A DNA stretch of 64,000 nt from assembly GCA_039802605.1 (NCBI GenBank), contig JBDRWW010000001.1, positions 32,001 through 96,000 of the forward strand. Reading direction: 5' to 3'. Positions within the stretch are counted from its first letter, which is position 1; every line of letters starts with the position of its first letter. Positions 49,482-58,821 of the stretch are shown here, piece by piece. The translations under genes were made by a program, and so were the position numbers. The notes under the pieces were generated by a model, which did no database searches, had not been told where the DNA came from, and worked only from the letters and a program-made list of their open reading frames with translations. The stretch comes from a candidate division WOR-3 bacterium. Its GTDB lineage: Bacteria > Hydrothermota > Hydrothermia > LBFQ01.

Positions 49482-50204
49482 ATAGGCCAAAAGGGTTTTT
49501 GGAAGACCCTCTTTAAGGATTTTCTCCTTTGTTGCATTTGAATCGTAGGGTATCCTAAACCACTCAAAGGTCATATCCTTTTTGTCAAATATCCCGAATG
49601 TTGCCAGTTTTATCCCGTCCCTTGATTGGCCAACGGAACCTGGATTTATTATATACCTGGCATTATCCAAAAGTTTTAATTTCATATATTCCGCGGATAC
49701 ATATCCCCCATAAATCTTTGCGTTATACCTGCAAAAGTATGAGGGTATATGCGTGTGGCCTAAGAAAATTATTTTTTCACGGGAGGATTTAAAAACCTCT
49801 TCGGCATCCCCGTAATCATATACATAGTGCCATATGGGATTAACCGGGGAAGCGTGTATAAAAAGCATTTCGTCATCCTTGTGGTATGGGGATAAATTTT
49901 TCAAAAATTCTAAATTGTCGGGTTTTATAACCCTTTCGGTCCAAAGGCTGCACTTTAAAGCCACATCTCCAAAATATTCCCTTTCACCTTTATCTATTAA
50001 AGCCTTGTCGTGATTTCCCAAAAGGCACAAGCCGTTTAAATTCTTAACGATTTCTATAACCTCGTTTGGGTTTGGACCGTAATCCACATAATCCCCCAAG
50101 CACACAACTTTATCCCAAACTATGTTATTATCCCTTAAAAAATCAAGAACCGCCTTTAAAGCCTCAAAATTACCGTGAATATCCGACAGTAAAAGGGTTC
50201 TCAT
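49476..50204 (-). CDS. Calcineurin-like metallophosphoesterase
   Basis: SDIHGN, LGDYVDYGP, GNHD, HASP, GHTH, NPGSVGQ.RDG. Confidence 0.92.
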   Translation of the reverse strand: MRTLLLSDIHGNFEALKAVLDFLRDNNIVWDKVVCLGDYVDYGPNPNEVIEIVKNLNGLCLLGNHDKALIDKGEREYFGDVALKCSLWTERVIKPDNLEFLKNLSPYHKDDEMLFIHASPVNPIWHYVYDYGDAEEVFKSSREKIIFLGHTHIPSYFCRYNAKIYGGYVSAEYMKLKLLDNARYIINPGSVGQSRDGIKLATFGIFDKKDMTFEWFRIPYDSNATKEKILKEGLPKTLLAYL

Positions 50205-51982
50205 CAGTACGGTATATCCTGCAATAGTTTATCGACATTATCAACTTCATCAAGTTTTCCCAAACCGAAGTATAAAACCCTCGCCTCTTCCAATGCATCA
50301 CGGGCTTCATATGATTTACCTATTTCTTTGTATGCTATACCCAAGTACTTTAACAAATCCGCCCTCTCGGCGTCCGTAAGGTCTCCCCTGCCGAGTTCCT
50401 TTTTTAATATACTTATAGCCTGTACGGGTTTTCCATCGTAAATTAGGGAAATTGCCAAGAATAGTTTAGCCTTATTTACTTCCTCATAATTTGGATACAA
50501 ATCCACTATCTTACCAAATGTCTGTACCGCATCATCCCACATTTTGTTTTTAAAGTATATCTGGCCTGCGGTAAAGAGGGCTTCGGGTGCCTGTCTGTGC
50601 TTTGGAAATTCGCTCCCCATTTTGTAATAAAACCTCGCCGCCAAAAGTTCCCTTTTCTCGTCCAAAAGTTTCCCTCCCCAGTATATCAAAGCATCCGCCG
50701 CATCATCGCTGTTGGGGAATTCCCGTAAGAAATTCCATAGCTCAACCGTATCCTCCCTCGCTATGACATTATAAACCTGTTGTGCCCTCTGCCTCGCTAT
50801 GGAATAGAGTTCGGAATTCGGGTAATTTATGTATATCTTCCTGAGATAACTTAGGGCTGTTTTATAATCCTTTTGAGAAAAGTATATTTCCGAAAGGGTA
50901 TATAGCGCCCTTGGGGCTTCGGGATGTTGCGGAAACCTTTCAACAAACCATTCAAGCGTTTTTTTAGCCTCGTTTATCTTGTTTTGTCCCAAGTATATCG
51001 TATATGTCCTATACGCGGCCTCTCCGGCCGTTGGTAGGTTTGCATAATCCTGCATTACCTTCTGATAGTTTTGTAATGCCAAATCGTACATCCTCAAAGC
51101 CTCATAATTGAAACCCCTATAATAGTATATCAGTACATCCGTCGGCGGGTGGCCCGTTATCTGGATGTTATCAAATATATTTTTTGCCCCTTCAATATCC
51201 CCAAGGTTAAAGGTTGCTATACCCTCCGCTATTTGGGCGTGGGCCAAAGGAACACCGTTTAAGAATTCTTGGGACTGTTTTGCGTGGGATAAGGCATCGG
51301 AAAACTTTTGAGCGTATAGGTTTGCCCAAGCCGCCCCAACCCTTGAAAGGGATTTTACGAGACCATCTTGACCTTCGTTTATGTTCTTTGCGTATATTGA
51401 TTCCGCCTGTAAAAAGTGCTTACCGTAAAGGTTTGCCTCACCCGCCGCCCATATTACCCAACCCATACCTATGTTCCAAGGCCTGTTGTAATAATCCGAA
51501 AGAAATATACTCCCATAAGACCTTGCACCCTCATCATCGCCGGAATACAACAAGCCGAGAATATAATAAGTTCTAACCACATAGGAAACCTCCGGCGGAA
51601 ACCCAGAGTATTCCACAACCTCCGAGAGGGCATTTACACCCTCTTTAAACAAACCCACCCTAATTAAACCTACCCCGTATTGTGCCATCTTATTGTAGTA
51701 CTCGTCAAGTTCGGATTTACCCGGCCTTCCGGAAGACCAACCTTTTTTCTTGGGTTTTTGGGGGACATTAAAGGAATTTACGAATTTTAGGGAATCCTCA
51801 AACTTCAAGTTGAAAATCTCATTCCAACCGGGAAAGGAAGAGACCAAAGGGCCCATAGGTGGCATGTAGAAGTATAGCGGTCTTTCGTATCCGGTTATCT
51901 GGAATTCGGCCTTTCCGGTTACAACCTCTTCTTCCTCAACCGCTTGATTTCCCTCCTGAAAAATAAAAACCCACAAAAGCAT
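50204..51982 (-). CDS. Multi-TPR protein (BamD/CpoB-like repeats)
   Basis: Repeated TPR_6-like units (FP.H..AP.AL). Confidence 0.8.
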   Translation of the reverse strand: MLLWVFIFQEGNQAVEEEEVVTGKAEFQITGYERPLYFYMPPMGPLVSSFPGWNEIFNLKFEDSLKFVNSFNVPQKPKKKGWSSGRPGKSELDEYYNKMAQYGVGLIRVGLFKEGVNALSEVVEYSGFPPEVSYVVRTYYILGLLYSGDDEGARSYGSIFLSDYYNRPWNIGMGWVIWAAGEANLYGKHFLQAESIYAKNINEGQDGLVKSLSRVGAAWANLYAQKFSDALSHAKQSQEFLNGVPLAHAQIAEGIATFNLGDIEGAKNIFDNIQITGHPPTDVLIYYYRGFNYEALRMYDLALQNYQKVMQDYANLPTAGEAAYRTYTIYLGQNKINEAKKTLEWFVERFPQHPEAPRALYTLSEIYFSQKDYKTALSYLRKIYINYPNSELYSIARQRAQQVYNVIAREDTVELWNFLREFPNSDDAADALIYWGGKLLDEKRELLAARFYYKMGSEFPKHRQAPEALFTAGQIYFKNKMWDDAVQTFGKIVDLYPNYEEVNKAKLFLAISLIYDGKPVQAISILKKELGRGDLTDAERADLLKYLGIAYKEIGKSYEARDALEEARVLYFGLGKLDEVDNVDKLLQDIPY

Positions 51983-51990
51983 AATTGGGA

Positions 51991-52065
51991 ATTATACTCC
52001 CGGTATATTCCCCATAAATGCCCGTCCCGGACCTTTCAAACCATTTATTTCTCCAACCTTAGAAT
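51991..52065. promoter_or_regulatory. Divergent -10 boxes TATAAT (-) 51991-51996 and TAGAAT (+) 52060-52065, each 8 nt before ATG
   Basis: Recurring motif and spacing. Confidence 0.7.
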
Positions 52066-52073
52066 TTTCACCG

Positions 52074-52784
52074 ATGAACCCGCGTTTTAAAAGGATTCTA
52101 TTGAAGTTAAGCGGTGGAATATTGGCGGGAGAAATGGGTTTTGGCATTGACCCAAAGACTTTAAACAGGTTGGCGGATGAGATAGTTGAGGTTTATAACC
52201 GTGGTGTGGAAGTGGCCATTGTGGTCGGCGGTGGAAATATCCTAAGGGGTACCCAGAGTTCCCATTTGGGAATAGATAGGGTAACGGCCGATTATATGGG
52301 TATGCTTGCGACTATACTAAATGCACTGGCTCTTCAAAGCGTTATTGAGCAAAGGGGTGTTCAAACTAGGGTAATGAGCGCCTTAACGGTTTCACAGGTT
52401 GCGGAACCATATATAAGGAGAAGGGCAATAAGACACCTTGAAAAGGGGAGAATTGTAATATTTGCGGGTGGTACGGGTAATCCCTTCTTTTCGACGGATT
52501 CGGCCGCGGCTTTAAGGGCATCGGAAATAAATGCGGATGTTATATTAAAGGGTACAAGGGTTGATGGGGTATATACCTCCGATCCCGAAAAGGACCCAGA
52601 CGCAAAGAGGTTAGACAAATTAACATATCAGGATTTTATCGTTAACGATTTAAAGGTTTTGGATACATCGGCGATAGACATAGCAAGGCAAAGGGGAATC
52701 CCCATAATAGTGTTTAACATAACAAAGGCCGGGCAATTGATAAGGGTTCTAACGGAAGAAGGCGTTGGCACATATATCGGATGA
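52074..52784 (+). CDS. pyrH: UMP kinase
   Basis: LLKLSG, VGGGN, DYMGMLAT, GTGNPFFSTD, VDGVY..DP. Confidence 0.97.
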   Translation: MNPRFKRILLKLSGGILAGEMGFGIDPKTLNRLADEIVEVYNRGVEVAIVVGGGNILRGTQSSHLGIDRVTADYMGMLATILNALALQSVIEQRGVQTRVMSALTVSQVAEPYIRRRAIRHLEKGRIVIFAGGTGNPFFSTDSAAALRASEINADVILKGTRVDGVYTSDPEKDPDAKRLDKLTYQDFIVNDLKVLDTSAIDIARQRGIPIIVFNITKAGQLIRVLTEEGVGTYIG

Positions 52785-53932
52785 TAATACCAATAAGCAC
52801 CTGTGGTTGGTATAGTGCAACCTATGGGGAGGGGTGGGGGTGTTGCATGGATTTCCAGCCGCATTTAATGGATACATGTGGTGGAAAACTGTATATTTTT
52901 TATCATTCCGCATGCGATGGAAAGGGTGTTTATATGAAGTTTTACGATGGTTTTTCTTGGAGCGATTATTTAAAGGTTTCAAACACACACGGGAGCGAAA
53001 GCAACTTTTATTGCTGGGGTGATACGCTGGTTTTAATGTATTACGGGTGGGGTGATTCGGTTATATACAGGGCTATATCCTACGATGGGGGGTTAACTTG
53101 GGCAAAGGAAGTATTTGCCGAAAACCCTTTATACAAAGAGGATGAGCCGTATGTTTATAAAATAGGCGATACGGTTTATTACACATACATTTACGAAATT
53201 GAGGGTAGTAGAATAAGGGTTAAAAGGGAATACCCAAGCGGTTCGGATAGCCTGATATTAAACTTTCCCTTACCCTTCGCGCTACACAACGGGAAGTTAA
53301 TCCACCTTGATACTTTAAGGTTTATAGCCGCAACCGGTTGTAATGGCAACGGTATATTTTTAATAAAAATCCATCCCCGTGGATACGAAATCCTGGAATT
53401 GATGGATACATCTTATTATTCCGCCGACATTGAGGTTTTCGGTGATAGCGTTTTCGTTTTGGGCTCGGGGCCAGGTTTTGTGCGCTTATGCTATTCTTAC
53501 AACAGGGGTGAAACCTTTTTATGTACGGATGTTGCGTTGGTTTCGGGTATAGTATCAAATGTCGAACTCGTATTAACCCCTTATGGAAAGTTTGCCATAT
53601 GGTCGGATAGTTTAACAAAATTCTCAACAAAAATTTACAGGTCTTTGGATAACGAAAATTGGCAACCTTATGATAGCATATATTCAAGCGGAAACGAGAA
53701 ATTCCCCGTTGCCATATGGAACAACGGTTTAAACATTCTTTGGACTAGCGATAGGAACGGGAAATATGAGGTTTATTTTGCGGTATTGGGGGTAAGCGGT
53801 ATGGATGAAAAAATCGGATGTGTTGATGAGGGAAGGTTCTACAATGTTTTGGGTAGGAGGGTTGATAAAAATTACAGGGGTATTGTCTTTGAGGTTAAGT
53901 GTAAATCCGTAAAAAAACATATTCGGCGGTAG
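52781..53932 (+). CDS. BNR/Asp-box beta-propeller protein with T9SS-CTD-like tail
   Basis: SYDGGLTW, SYNRGETF, SLDNENW. Tail FYNVLGRRV...GIVF. Confidence 0.65.
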   Translation: MIIPISTCGWYSATYGEGWGCCMDFQPHLMDTCGGKLYIFYHSACDGKGVYMKFYDGFSWSDYLKVSNTHGSESNFYCWGDTLVLMYYGWGDSVIYRAISYDGGLTWAKEVFAENPLYKEDEPYVYKIGDTVYYTYIYEIEGSRIRVKREYPSGSDSLILNFPLPFALHNGKLIHLDTLRFIAATGCNGNGIFLIKIHPRGYEILELMDTSYYSADIEVFGDSVFVLGSGPGFVRLCYSYNRGETFLCTDVALVSGIVSNVELVLTPYGKFAIWSDSLTKFSTKIYRSLDNENWQPYDSIYSSGNEKFPVAIWNNGLNILWTSDRNGKYEVYFAVLGVSGMDEKIGCVDEGRFYNVLGRRVDKNYRGIVFEVKCKSVKKHIRR

Positions 53933-53935
53933 AAT
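53930..53935 (+). promoter_or_regulatory. -10 box TAGAAT (includes the upstream TAG stop), 8 nt before ATG 53944
   Basis: Recurring motif and spacing. Confidence 0.65.
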
Positions 53936-53943
53936 TTTGGGTT

Positions 53944-55029
53944 ATGAGGTTTAAAGGGTTAAGGGATCAATGGGTTAAAAAATATGACGCTTACATATCT
54001 TGGAAGCCCGAGTTTATACATATATCGGATGTTAGATATATCTCGGGTTTTACGGGTTCAACGGCCATCTTTATGCAAACAAAGAAGAAAAACTATCTAA
54101 TCGTGGATTTCAGGTATAAGGAGCAGTCGAGGAAGGAGGTTTTTGATGGTATTGAAGTTATTGATATACCATACGAGAAAACTTCCTTCGAGGTTCTTGC
54201 CGAAATCCTAAAAAAGCACGGGATAAAAAAGGTGGCGGTTGAGGGATATACCCCCATAGGGTATATAAAGGCGATTAAAAAGTATGTAAAGGGAATTAGG
54301 TTTTACCCCATAGGGGGTTTTATATCGAAGCTCAGGGCGATAAAGACTAAGGAAGAGATCGAGACTATAAAAAGAGCCCAAGAAATAACCGATAAGCTTT
54401 TTGAATGGGTTTTAAACAATGTTAAACCGGGAAAACAAACGGAAAAGGAATTGGCCTTTGAAATGGAGAGATGGGCTAAGACAAACGGGGCGGATGGTAT
54501 GTCCTTTGAACCGATAGTCGCGGGTGGGGAAAGGTCTTCAATGCCACACGCGAGGTCTACGGATAATTTAATACCGGAAAAGGGGGTATTACTGTTGGAT
54601 TTTGGCGTTAGGTATAAGGGTTATTGTTCGGATATGACAAGAACCTTATGGATAGGTAGTAATGTTGATGGAGAATTCTTAAAGGCTTATAGGATAGTTT
54701 TGGAGGCGCAGGAAAGGGCGATAAACTCTCTGAGGTTTAAAGGGACTAGGAAGGCAAAGGATATAGATAAGGTTGCAAGGGATTACATAGATAACACGGA
54801 GTTTAAGGGAACATTTGGGCACGGCCTTGGGCATGGGGTTGGTTTGGATATACACGAATATCCGGCCTTATCGCCCAAATCAAAGGATATTTTGAGAGGT
54901 GGAGAGGTTGTCACGGTTGAACCCGGCATATATGTTGAGGGGAAATTTGGTATAAGGATAGAGGATATGGTTGTTGCGGGTAAGGGCGAAAACTTAACCG
55001 GTTCAACCAAGGAGTTGATAAAACTATGA
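53944..55029 (+). CDS. Xaa-Pro aminopeptidase/dipeptidase (M24B)
   Basis: PH, DFG...YCSDMTRT, HGLGHGVGLDIHE.P, EPGIY, GIRIED. Confidence 0.93.
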   Translation: MRFKGLRDQWVKKYDAYISWKPEFIHISDVRYISGFTGSTAIFMQTKKKNYLIVDFRYKEQSRKEVFDGIEVIDIPYEKTSFEVLAEILKKHGIKKVAVEGYTPIGYIKAIKKYVKGIRFYPIGGFISKLRAIKTKEEIETIKRAQEITDKLFEWVLNNVKPGKQTEKELAFEMERWAKTNGADGMSFEPIVAGGERSSMPHARSTDNLIPEKGVLLLDFGVRYKGYCSDMTRTLWIGSNVDGEFLKAYRIVLEAQERAINSLRFKGTRKAKDIDKVARDYIDNTEFKGTFGHGLGHGVGLDIHEYPALSPKSKDILRGGEVVTVEPGIYVEGKFGIRIEDMVVAGKGENLTGSTKELIKL

Positions 55030-55871
55030 GGGGGTTTGTGGTTTATAAAAAGGGCCCCCATTTGGGTGTTGAGGTTAACGGCGATGTGTATTTATCAATT
55101 CCAAAGAGTAAGTTAAGGGGGAATGTGTTCGTTGGTGACTTCGTTGAAGGTGAGGTTATAGACGACCAACACTTCCGTATAGATGATGTTGTTGATAGGA
55201 AAAACCTTTTACCGAGGCCCAGGGTTGCAAATGTTGATAAGGTTTTGGTTGTATTTTCATTTAAAAAGCCCGATTTGGACCCCTTACACCTTGACGGTAT
55301 ATTGGCCGTTTTGGAGAAAGAGGATATAGAGCCCTTAATAGTTTTGAACAAAAAGGATTTGGTGGGTGAGGATGAGGCTAAGCATTGGGTGGATATATAT
55401 ACCGGTGCTGGATACGATGTAATAACATCATCGACAATAACCGGGGAAGGTCTTGAAGGGATAAGGGCCAAGATAAAGGGGCAATTGACGGTTTTGGCGG
55501 GTCCCTCCGGGAGTGGAAAGACGAGTATAATAAACTCCTTTATGCCCGATTTAAAGTTAAAGGTTCAAGAGGTTGGAAGGTATGGGAAGGGCAGGCATAC
55601 CACAACGGATATTACATTGGTTAAAAACCCGGATGGAGGTTATATTTGTGATACTCCGGGTTTTGCAAAGTTTTACATTGAGGAATTTGTTGATTACCAT
55701 GAATTGCCAAGGTTATACAGGGAATTTAAACGATTTACCTGTAAGTTTTCGGATTGCACGCATACGGGTGAGCCCGGATGCGGTGTTGTAGGGAATATTC
55801 ATCCGGAAAGGTACAAAACCTATATGATTTTGCTTAACAGATTAAAAAATGTACCTCGTAAGCGAAAATAG
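55026..55871 (+). CDS. rsgA: Small ribosomal subunit biogenesis GTPase RsgA
   Basis: NKKD before GPSGSGKT (circular permutation), GRHTT, DTPG, CKFSDC.H..EPGC. Confidence 0.95.
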   Translation: MRGFVVYKKGPHLGVEVNGDVYLSIPKSKLRGNVFVGDFVEGEVIDDQHFRIDDVVDRKNLLPRPRVANVDKVLVVFSFKKPDLDPLHLDGILAVLEKEDIEPLIVLNKKDLVGEDEAKHWVDIYTGAGYDVITSSTITGEGLEGIRAKIKGQLTVLAGPSGSGKTSIINSFMPDLKLKVQEVGRYGKGRHTTTDITLVKNPDGGYICDTPGFAKFYIEEFVDYHELPRLYREFKRFTCKFSDCTHTGEPGCGVVGNIHPERYKTYMILLNRLKNVPRKRK

Positions 55872-56457
55872 GCTTAAAAGAATGAGGGAGGTTTTATCAA
55901 AGAGGCAGAAAGATTTAAGGGTTTTTGTTGAGGAGGTTAAAAACGAACACAACTTTTCGGCAATTATAAGGACTTGCGATGCAGTGGGGGTTTTGTATAT
56001 ACATTACTTTTACAGGGGGGAGGAATTACCCATAAATAGGGGTATATCCCTGGGTTCAGAGAAATGGGTTTTTTTATGCAGGGAGGATGATCCCATTGGG
56101 GGTTTAAAGAGGCTTAAAAGGGAGGGTTATAAAATTTTTGCGACATACATATCTCCAAAGAGTAAGAGCTTCTTAGATGTTGATTATACCAAACCTTCGG
56201 TTATAGTTTTGGGGAACGAATACTTTGGGGTCTCCAAAGGGGTTTTGGAAGTTGCGGATGAACACATAATGATTCCAATGGTTGGTATGGCCCAAAGTTT
56301 AAATGTATCCGTTGCAAACGCCGTTATACTATATGAGGCCTTTAAACAGAGGTTAAAGGCGGGAATGTACGATAAACCCACATTAAACGAAGAGGAATTT
56401 AACGAGATATTAAAACTCTGGGCCCACGATAGGATTATTAATACCACCGTAGAATAA
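55849..56457 (+). CDS. trmH: tRNA (guanosine-18-2'-O)-methyltransferase
   Basis: HNFSAIIRTCDAVG, LGNE..GVS, IPMVGMAQSLNVSVA. Confidence 0.92.
   Translation: MYLVSENRLKRMREVLSKRQKDLRVFVEEVKNEHNFSAIIRTCDAVGVLYIHYFYRGEELPINRGISLGSEKWVFLCREDDPIGGLKRLKREGYKIFATYISPKSKSFLDVDYTKPSVIVLGNEYFGVSKGVLEVADEHIMIPMVGMAQSLNVSVANAVILYEAFKQRLKAGMYDKPTLNEEEFNEILKLWAHDRIINTTVE
56450..56455 (+). promoter_or_regulatory. -10 box TAGAAT, 8 nt before tyrS ATG
   Basis: Recurring motif and spacing, inside the trmH 3' end. Confidence 0.6.
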
Positions 56458-56463
56458 GGAGTT

Positions 56464-57732
56464 ATGGAAGAGTTTTTAAAGGAACTGAAATGGAGGGGTG
56501 TTTTATACGATTTTACGGAAGGCCTTGAAGAATTGAGGGGTAGTGTGGTTGGGTATATAGGATTTGACCCAACCGCCCCAAGCCTTCATGTGGGTTCATT
56601 ACTCCCGTTAATAACCCTTTCAAGGTTTCAGAGGTTTGGAAATAAACCGATAGCGGTTTTGGGTGGGGGGACGGGTTTAATAGGGGATCCAAGCGGTAAA
56701 ACAAAGGAAAGACCCCTTTTAAGTAAAGAGGAAATAGAAAGGAACATAGAGGGTATAAGAAAGCAGATTGAAAAGTTTTTGGATTTTGAGAGTAAAACCA
56801 ACCCCGCAAAACTCGTTAATAACTACGAGTGGCTTGGAGAATTAAAACTCATAGACTTTTTAAGGGATATAGGTAAGCATTTCACCGTGAATTATATGCT
56901 TCAAAAGGAATCGGTGAAAACGAGGCTTGAAAGGGATGAAGGCCTATCGTTTACGGAATTCTCCTACATGCTATTACAGGCTTATGACTTTTATGTTCTT
57001 TACGAGAGGGAGAACTGCCTTTTACAAATGGGTGGAAGCGATCAATGGGGAAATATAACGGCGGGTATCGAGATGATTAGGAAGTTAAAGGGTAAAAAGG
57101 CTTATGGCTTGGTTTTCCCTCTGATAACGACTTCTTCCGGTGTTAAATTCGGTAAAACCGAGGAGGGAACGGTTTGGCTTGACCCGAACCTAACATCACC
57201 CTTTAAGTTTTACCAGTTTTGGATAAACACCGATGATAGGGATGTTATAAGGTATTTGAAATACTTTACATTTTTGGGTATGGATGATATAAAGGCCTTG
57301 GAGGAATCTTTAAAGGAAAGTCCGGAAAAAAGGGAACCGCACAGGGTTTTGGCGAGGGAGATGACAAGGTTGGTTCACGGTGAAGACGGATTGCTCAGGG
57401 CGGAAAGGGCTACAATGGTCTTATTTGGTGAGGAGATAAGGGATATAACGGCAAGCGAACTGTTGGACATATTCTCCGATGTTCCATCAAAGGAAATACC
57501 AAAGGAAAGGTTTGAAGGTGATGGTTATTCATTTGTTGAACTGTTGGTGGATACGGGAGTTGCGAATTCCAAAGGTGAGGCTAGAAAACTCGTATCCGGC
57601 GGGGGAGCCTATATAAACAACCGTAGGATAAGCGACATTTCCTATAAGGTGGGCTTAAGGGATGCCGTTGAGGGCAAGGTTATAGTTTTGAGAAAGGGGA
57701 AGAAAAACTACTTTTTGGTGAAAATAGTATGA
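56464..57732 (+). CDS. tyrS: Tyrosine--tRNA ligase
   Basis: GFDPTAPSLHVGS, QMGGSDQWGNI, KFGKT, C-terminal S4 domain. Confidence 0.97.
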   Translation: MEEFLKELKWRGVLYDFTEGLEELRGSVVGYIGFDPTAPSLHVGSLLPLITLSRFQRFGNKPIAVLGGGTGLIGDPSGKTKERPLLSKEEIERNIEGIRKQIEKFLDFESKTNPAKLVNNYEWLGELKLIDFLRDIGKHFTVNYMLQKESVKTRLERDEGLSFTEFSYMLLQAYDFYVLYERENCLLQMGGSDQWGNITAGIEMIRKLKGKKAYGLVFPLITTSSGVKFGKTEEGTVWLDPNLTSPFKFYQFWINTDDRDVIRYLKYFTFLGMDDIKALEESLKESPEKREPHRVLAREMTRLVHGEDGLLRAERATMVLFGEEIRDITASELLDIFSDVPSKEIPKERFEGDGYSFVELLVDTGVANSKGEARKLVSGGGAYINNRRISDISYKVGLRDAVEGKVIVLRKGKKNYFLVKIV

Positions 57733-58820
57733 ATGTAGGGGCGAAAATGAAAGAAAGGTTTAACACCGTGGAAGAAGCCATTGAGGATTTGAGAAAAGGT
57801 AAGGTTATTATCGTTGTGGATGACCCGGAAAGGGAAAACGAGGGGGATTTTGTAGTTGCGGCGGAAAAGGTAACGCCGGAAATAATAAACTTTATGGCAA
57901 AGAAAGGTGGGGGTTTGATATGTGTGGCGATGACGGAGGAGAGGTTTAAAGAGTTAGGTTTGGATATGCCTTTGGAAAACACATCAAACTTTGGAACACC
58001 CTTTGGAATACCCATAGACGCAAGGGATACGGGGAGTGGGGCCTCCGCCTACGATAGGGCTTTAACCGCAAATTGGGTAGCTAACCCCACAAAAACCTCC
58101 AAAGATTTCTTAAAACCGGGGCATTTATACACATTAAAGGCGGTAAAAGGAGGGGTTTTAAAAAGGGCGGGGCATACGGAGGCCAGCGTTGATCTGTGTA
58201 AAATAGCGGGCCTTTACCCCGCCGCCGTAATATGCGAAATTTTAGACGACGATGGGAAAATGGCCAGATTACCCAAACTCTTTAAAATGGCGGATGAATA
58301 CGGTTTAAAAATAATATCCATAGCCCAGATAATTGAATACAGGCTCAAAAACGAAATCCTAGTTGAAAGGGTTTGGAGTGGGAAAACGGAAACCCCTTTT
58401 GGCGAATTTGATACCATCCTTTACAGGGATAAAATGAGTGATGAAATTCATATGGCTTTAATAAAGGGAGAGGTAGGAGAAAACACATATGTCAGGGTTC
58501 AAACCCATTGTGTCGCGGGGAATGTTTTCAGGGCAAGGGTTTGCAATTGCGGGGAAAACCTTGAAAAATCCCTAAGAATAATAAGCGAAAGGGGAGGGGT
58601 CTTCGTGTATATAAGGAAAAGCCAACCCCCACATTATCCATTCCTACACCTTATGGGATTACAAGAGGATAGAGAAACGGTTAAGGAGTACGGAATAGGT
58701 ATGCAGATATTAAAGGATTTGGGCGTTAAATCCCTCTATCTCCTCGTAAGTACGAAGAAAATACTGCCGGCGGTTGAAGGTTTTGGCATAAAGATTTTGG
58801 ATCAAATAGTCCTTGAATAA
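57729..58820 (+). CDS. ribB: DHBP synthase fused to a degenerate GTP cyclohydrolase II domain (RibBX-like)
   Basis: RENEGD, PGH, RAGHTEA, CEI. The C-domain keeps C..C.C but lacks other GCH II motifs. Confidence 0.85.
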   Translation: MNVGAKMKERFNTVEEAIEDLRKGKVIIVVDDPERENEGDFVVAAEKVTPEIINFMAKKGGGLICVAMTEERFKELGLDMPLENTSNFGTPFGIPIDARDTGSGASAYDRALTANWVANPTKTSKDFLKPGHLYTLKAVKGGVLKRAGHTEASVDLCKIAGLYPAAVICEILDDDGKMARLPKLFKMADEYGLKIISIAQIIEYRLKNEILVERVWSGKTETPFGEFDTILYRDKMSDEIHMALIKGEVGENTYVRVQTHCVAGNVFRARVCNCGENLEKSLRIISERGGVFVYIRKSQPPHYPFLHLMGLQEDRETVKEYGIGMQILKDLGVKSLYLLVSTKKILPAVEGFGIKILDQIVLE

Positions 58821-58821
58821 T

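Noticed and set aside
56440..56463. T-box leader or functional SD before tyrS
   Set aside because: Only 6 nt separate the genes, and AAGGAG is just 2 nt from the ATG.
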